Shown: piece by piece, positions 58,535-64,000 of the stretch
Layout: the number at the start of each line of letters is the position of its first letter
How positions within the stretch are numbered: position 1 is the stretch's first letter
Origin: an uncultured Oscillospiraceae bacterium
Lineage (GTDB): Bacteria; Bacillota; Clostridia; Oscillospirales; Ruminococcaceae
NCBI GenBank assembly: GCA_900553955.1
Contig: USFO01000001.1
Location: 7,530-71,529, forward strand
Length of the DNA: 64,000 bases
Direction of reading: 5' to 3'
Notes under the pieces: generated by a model
What the model was told of the DNA's origin: nothing
The model's database searches: none
The model's input: only the letters and a program-made list of their open reading frames with translations
Position numbers and translations under genes: made by a program

Positions 58535-59374
58535 ATGAAAAAATTTGCTATAAGCTTTTCCGCTTTTATATGCGCGGTTCTCATGCTCTCCGCAACTGCG
58601 TTTGCAGCGGAGAAAATAACCGCCTATGACGGCATTAAATCAAGCTATTATGTCGACAAATCCGCTTCGTTCGGAAAAGAAATCGACATAACCGATTCCT
58701 ACGAAACCCTCGGCGTGCAGGCAAAAGCCAAAACCGACGAGCTGATTCCGATTTACTATACCGATACCGAATTGACAGAGAAACTTCAAAATATGTTAGC
58801 GGAAATTTCACGCGGAAAAAGCCTTGAAAGCTTTCTCATTCCAAAAAATCAGTATTTTGCTTTTGCCTATAACGGCAACAAAGCGGTGGGCTACTGCATA
58901 CTCTCGGACAAGCTCGAAATGCAGGAAGTCGGTGAACTTAACGAATTCAACAACCCGGCGCTCCGTCTGAACAACAAAGCCACGAAAGCACTCAGCAGCA
59001 TTGATTTGAACAACGCTTCCGCAAAATACTGCATAATTTCCGGCTTTGCCGTTGGAACGCTGATTTACGACAGCAACAGCGAATTTTTTATTCCGTCCGT
59101 CGAATGCCTTGAAACTGCAAATGTTCTTACGGTCGGCTCCGTTTACCGCGTTTCCGATTTATACACAATAAGCGCGCAAATGCCCGAAAAAGCACCGAAC
59201 TCTCTTGACGAAAACGGCAACCCATACACCGGCGCCGAATATTACAGCAACATTTCCGCCAACAAACCGTCCCATATCGAAGCCGTTCCGGTTATGTTCC
59301 TTTCGGCTTCTGTAATTTTCGCCGTAGCAGCGGGATTTCAAATAAGAAAAGTTAAAGACAAACATTCCAAATAA
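58535..59374 (+). CDS. secreted protein with C-terminal membrane anchor, hypothetical
   Basis: RBS aggaggg. Signal peptide ...ATAFAAEK. C-terminal TM VMFLSASVIFAVAAGF plus basic tail. Promoter TTGTAG-17-TATAAT at 58462-58490. Confidence 0.45.
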   Translation: MKKFAISFSAFICAVLMLSATAFAAEKITAYDGIKSSYYVDKSASFGKEIDITDSYETLGVQAKAKTDELIPIYYTDTELTEKLQNMLAEISRGKSLESFLIPKNQYFAFAYNGNKAVGYCILSDKLEMQEVGELNEFNNPALRLNNKATKALSSIDLNNASAKYCIISGFAVGTLIYDSNSEFFIPSVECLETANVLTVGSVYRVSDLYTISAQMPEKAPNSLDENGNPYTGAEYYSNISANKPSHIEAVPVMFLSASVIFAVAAGFQIRKVKDKHSK

Positions 59375-59380
59375 ACAAAA

Positions 59381-59482
59381 GAGCGCCCCCGCAGTTAAAC
59401 CTGCGGGGGCTTTTGTAAACTACATTGGTAGTCATTTTGCACAAAAACACGGTACATATTTTGGTGATTATGCTGATTGAAA
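59381..59482 (+). repeat. 102-bp direct repeat unit A (terminator hairpin cccccgcagttaaacctgcggggg plus promoter -35 TTGAAA at its 3' edge)
   Basis: Near-identical to 60239-60340 (1 mismatch). Each copy is followed by its own TATAAT 16-17 nt after TTGAAA. Confidence 0.85.
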
Positions 59483-59555
59483 TAATTACAGTTGTAGTAT
59501 ATAATTTTATTACAGTATATGATAACCGCAAAAAGCACTTTGCTCGAAAGGATGT

Positions 59556-60230
59556 GTGACAAAAATGAAAAAAGCAGCTCTGTTCCTCGTTGCAATTTTA
59601 CTTCTATGCTCCTGCCAAGCGGGCGTTCCCGCTTCAAGCAATTCAAGCAGCCTTTCCGAAAGCACAAGCATTTCCGATGATTCAAGCGGTCTGCCCGAAA
59701 GCAAATCTTTCGGCGAAGCGGAGAAACAGCCCAACGTCCAAACGCCGGGCGGCGAATCATTAGAAATGACTGACGAAGACAAAAAGTATCAGGACGACTG
59801 CGAGCGCGCCACAGCACTGGAAGCTTATCTGAGGGACAACCTCTCCGGCGACGATTACGGCGGGCTGTACCTTTTCAAGGGCGACAAGGTTGAGCTAACC
59901 GTGCTGGCAATAAACCGCGGCAACATTGATAAAGTTATCGGCGAATACGCCGGCAAACCGTACAAGGTGAATATTCTCGAGGGCGACTACTGCCCGCACA
60001 GCAAGCTTGAAGCCTTTGCCGAGAAAGTTGAGGCGCTGAACAGCCCCTCCGAGCGGAAAATAATCGCCATTCTTTCCGAGGAATACAGCTTTGTTGCCGT
60101 AAATGTCCACAAAGAAGCCCTTCCCGAATTTGAAAATTCGATAAACAAGATTGCGGCGGAGCTTTCCATGCCGGAGGGCTCGTGGAAGCTTGTTATTCTC
60201 GACACGAAAGGTGAAAATCCCAATACATAA
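59556..60230 (+). CDS. lipoprotein, hypothetical
   Basis: Lipobox LLLCSC with a Ser-rich linker; bracketed by the direct repeats. Confidence 0.5.
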   Translation: MTKMKKAALFLVAILLLCSCQAGVPASSNSSSLSESTSISDDSSGLPESKSFGEAEKQPNVQTPGGESLEMTDEDKKYQDDCERATALEAYLRDNLSGDDYGGLYLFKGDKVELTVLAINRGNIDKVIGEYAGKPYKVNILEGDYCPHSKLEAFAEKVEALNSPSERKIIAILSEEYSFVAVNVHKEALPEFENSINKIAAELSMPEGSWKLVILDTKGENPNT

Positions 60231-60238
60231 TGTATTTA

Positions 60239-60340
60239 GAGCGCCCCCGCAGTTAAACCTGCGGGGGCTTTTGTAAACTACATTGGTAGCCATTTTGCAC
60301 AAAAACACGGTACATATTTTGGTGATTATGCTGATTGAAA
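60239..60340 (+). repeat. direct repeat unit B (second copy of terminator plus promoter -35 cassette)
   Basis: See 59381-59482. Confidence 0.85.
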
Positions 60341-60587
60341 AGTCTTGTAATTGTTGTATAATGATTTTAGAACAATACTTACATAAATGTAAACAGAAAG
60401 CAAGTATATTGCTTTAGAATAGTAAGCGCAGCCAAAACACGACACTTGTAAAATAGATTTGAGGTGAGTCCCATGGGCAATGTGTCGCCATGCGACGGCA
60501 ATTAAGAAGTGTAAATTTTTATATTGAATGCTCGTGCCCAACATAGCATAAACAACATACTTTGCTCGGAGGGATTGGTTTATTCTC

Positions 60588-61646
60588 ATGTGCTCATTCA
60601 CAACAAATAAAACACAAAGATATGCCAAGCTTTTCATCTTGGTACTTTCAATACTGCTTTTATGCTGCTGTTCACCGCAAAAGTCCTCTTACGAAATATG
60701 CCTTTCCTCTATTGAAGAAAGCAGTCCTGAAATAGAAGGAGCTATTTCAGCCGTGGAAAATTATATTGAGAATTTTCAGTATCGCGCTGACAGCAATCTT
60801 ATAAGCAGCCACCATATAGTGAAAATAGCGGTTAGTTTGCCGGCTACAAATTTCCACATAAATAACATTCTGGAGACGCCATGTTCAGGAGCTTATTCAA
60901 ACGATTATAGTGCGCTTTATAATTCCGACTATTTGGAAAGAAACCTTGTCGCTGTTTGCACAGTGCAAAAGCTTGATTTCACAGATGAAAATTCAAGACT
61001 CATTTTTGAGAGAAGCGGCTGCTTTACTTACGGTGAAAATCAGATTGATTTTACATATGTTGTGCTTCGTGACGAAAGTGGCAAATGGCAGGTTATAAAT
61101 AAATTTTGTGTTCCATTCAACACTTATGACAACTGTACTGTCACCAAGCTCAGGCAAGTTTTTGCTGATTCACATGAAGAAATTGCGGCATATAATTCCA
61201 AGCCGCCACAAACGAGTGAAATCGATTCAAAAGGCAGCTTTGCCAAATCATGTCTAGATGATGTTCAAAAAAATTTTATTGACCGGTACGAGCATTATCC
61301 CGAAGTTAAAAGCTGTAAAATACTATCTTGTGAAATTGATTCATCATTCACCGAAAGTTGGATTAAGCAGTATTGGAACAGTGAATTATATTGTAATTAT
61401 ATCCTTGCAAAGCGTTTTCTCGCCGTTAGGACTGTTTTCGAGCTTACCTTTGATCCCGACTGGGATGGTAAATCCGGCTTTGGCTATTTATATGGACCGG
61501 ACGTGCAAATAACTTTACCCGTAGAAACGTTTGAATCTACAAATATTGCCGTATACGATCCCGATGGCCGCTGGTATTTCCGACAGAGCGACTCCGATTG
61601 GGTACTTGCTGACGGATTCCCTGTTTCAGAGTACTTCCCCGAATAG
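60588..61646 (+). CDS. lipoprotein, hypothetical (Cys-rich, 352 aa)
   Basis: Lipobox LLLCCC; no family recognised. Confidence 0.5.
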   Translation: MCSFTTNKTQRYAKLFILVLSILLLCCCSPQKSSYEICLSSIEESSPEIEGAISAVENYIENFQYRADSNLISSHHIVKIAVSLPATNFHINNILETPCSGAYSNDYSALYNSDYLERNLVAVCTVQKLDFTDENSRLIFERSGCFTYGENQIDFTYVVLRDESGKWQVINKFCVPFNTYDNCTVTKLRQVFADSHEEIAAYNSKPPQTSEIDSKGSFAKSCLDDVQKNFIDRYEHYPEVKSCKILSCEIDSSFTESWIKQYWNSELYCNYILAKRFLAVRTVFELTFDPDWDGKSGFGYLYGPDVQITLPVETFESTNIAVYDPDGRWYFRQSDSDWVLADGFPVSEYFPE

Positions 61647-61673
61647 CATCAAAAACGCATTGTCAACTTTTCC

Positions 61674-61706
61674 TGCGCCCCCGCAGTTAAACCTGCGGGG
61701 GTGTTT
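61674..61706 (+). terminator. third copy of the cccccgcagttaaacctgcggggg hairpin terminator (hairpin only)
   Basis: gcgcccccgcagttaaacctgcgggggtgttttttg. Confidence 0.75.
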
Positions 61707-61872
61707 TTTGCGCATTTTGGTACAACAAAGCTAGCCCCCTGTCGGCGGGGAAACTAAAAAACGCTATTGCCGCCTATCGAGAGCCGGACATTCTCTCAAC
61801 AGGCGGAGAAGTTTTGTACAAGCGATATGCCGCATTTCTGATACACCCTCAGCCACTCAAAAGGCGACCGCT

Positions 61873-62655
61873 TCACAAAATCAGAGCCATAGCCCTCTCA
61901 ATTTCGCTGTCGTCATACCCTGCCAGCGACTTTGGCACGCTTCGCACCTCGTCAACAGAAAATCCCTTTGGTTTCGGAATTATGATTTCCGCATGGGTTG
62001 CTTTTTTGTCAAAGCTTTTTATTCTTATTCTGCCGCCGCAATCCTGCACATAATACCGCGCCAGTGTAAGCCCAAGCCCAAGCGGCTGCTTGTTGCCGGA
62101 AGCGATTCTTCCGCTGAAAAACGGTTCCATACAGCGGCTCAATGTTTCTTTGTCCATGCCATCGCCGTTATCGTGAACTGAAATTTTTACGGTGCGGGCG
62201 GTTTCCTCCACGCGCACTTCAATTTTTCCGCCAAACTTTATATGCTCAATGGAGTTAAGCACCATCGCCGAAAGTGCCTGCCGGATTTCGCTGCAGTCTA
62301 TCAGCACGTAAATCGGGGATTCCGGAACAGTATAGGCAAATTGCACATTCTTTTTGCTGAGGATACGGGATGTTGTATCGCAGAGGGGGCGCAGTTCTTC
62401 GCATATATCGTAAAGTCCCTTCTCCGCCTTGTATTCGCCGGAAATTATCTTGCAATAGTCACCGAATTCCTGCTGAACATGCAAAATGTAATAAGAATCC
62501 GCCACCACCTGCTCTGCGGCCGCCTTATCGTTTTTTACCGCATTTACAATGTTCGCATAGGCAGCGTCCTTTATTTTTTCGCACACTTTTTCGCTTAAAT
62601 ACGAAATTGTTTTTGTGCTTATGGTTTTTGTCGGGCGAAGTCTTTTTTCCGTCAT
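61873..62655 (-). CDS. cytoplasmic GHKL/HATPase_c-domain protein (orphan histidine-kinase-like ATPase)
   Basis: C-terminal N/G1/G2-box-like segments (LNSIEH, HDNGDGMD, GLGLGLTLAR). No TM, and no clear H-box or partner regulator. Confidence 0.55.
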   Translation of the reverse strand: MTEKRLRPTKTISTKTISYLSEKVCEKIKDAAYANIVNAVKNDKAAAEQVVADSYYILHVQQEFGDYCKIISGEYKAEKGLYDICEELRPLCDTTSRILSKKNVQFAYTVPESPIYVLIDCSEIRQALSAMVLNSIEHIKFGGKIEVRVEETARTVKISVHDNGDGMDKETLSRCMEPFFSGRIASGNKQPLGLGLTLARYYVQDCGGRIRIKSFDKKATHAEIIIPKPKGFSVDEVRSVPKSLAGYDDSEIERAMALIL

Positions 62656-62836
62656 ACGTTTTCCGCTCCTTTGTAATAATTATCAATATTATCAATGCGG
62701 GGTGTCCGATCCCGCAAGCAATTTCTACGCAATAACCAAAAAAGAGGTGGATTTTCCGTGCTGTTTATACAGTTACACAGAATAATTTTAAAATTCTTGC
62801 CAAGGCAATTAAAATATAATAAAATTATAGCTGTAA

Positions 62837-63871
<1,035 letters not shown>

Positions 63872-63883
63872 TTCACTATATGA

Positions 63884-63915
63884 TGAAAAAGCCGCCCTTT
63901 AGGGCGGCTTTTTTG
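63884..63915 (+). terminator. intrinsic terminator after gap
   Basis: aaaaagccgccctttagggcggcttttttg. Confidence 0.8.
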
Positions 63916-64000
63916 CGTCATTCGTGCTCGTGCTAAAAAGCCGTGCTCAAATTATTTTAATATGTGCTCGTTCCGTGCTCAAGGCGCACGAAACTTATGT

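Noticed and set aside
59381-61706. possible CRISPR array
   Set aside because: Only 2-3 repeat copies of ~100 bp are present, with full protein-coding genes between them. The repeats contain a terminator and promoter, not a 28-37-bp CRISPR repeat, and no cas genes are present.

Overview
This is a 64-kb chromosomal segment from a Firmicutes/Clostridia-type genome with moderate GC; dockerin and cohesin-like content suggests an Oscillospiraceae/Ruminococcus-like organism. Much of it is conserved core.

Core content:
- The conserved rpoB-rpoC-rpsL-rpsG-fusA-tuf block lies on the minus strand (32.8-45.0 kb).
- A complete seven-step shikimate supraoperon runs aroG-aroA-aroQ-aroE/K-aroC-GNAT-(chorismate mutase/aroB) on the minus strand (45.4-52.2 kb).
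- The rplU-prp-rpmA-obg cluster sits at 55.7-58.0 kb.
- A pstSCAB-phoU-phoP/R phosphate locus has a Pho-box-like repeat upstream and a pstS/pstC attenuator hairpin (13.1-19.6 kb).
- Also present: feoAB, a cyclophilin-type PPIase, two adjacent DegV (FakB-like) genes, yebC and gap.

Accessory patches:
1. A co-oriented gene pair encodes a secreted dockerin protein and a 1769-aa protein with an NPETG cell-wall sorting signal, a cohesin-like N-terminal module, a GLUG-motif region and Cys-rich tandem repeats (25.9-32.3 kb). A second surface protein with an NPNTG anchor lies at 2.2-3.6 kb. No sortase is encoded in the window.
2. Small lipoprotein or secreted-protein genes are bracketed by near-identical hairpin terminators and ~100-bp direct repeats that carry a promoter -35 element (53.1-53.9 kb and 59.4-61.7 kb).
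3. A diverged 101-bp duplicate of the HAD hydrolase 3' end sits 88 bp downstream of the gene and differs from it only by synonymous changes. It looks like the scar of an integration or excision event.
4. Several intergenic regions share motifs: GTGCTCAAAT, TTTTGCACAAAAA and a 25-nt hairpin.

No rRNA, tRNA, CRISPR array, transposase or integrase gene was recognised. Gene starts were adjusted from the ORF track using ribosome-binding sites; the track marks GTG/TTG starts as M.
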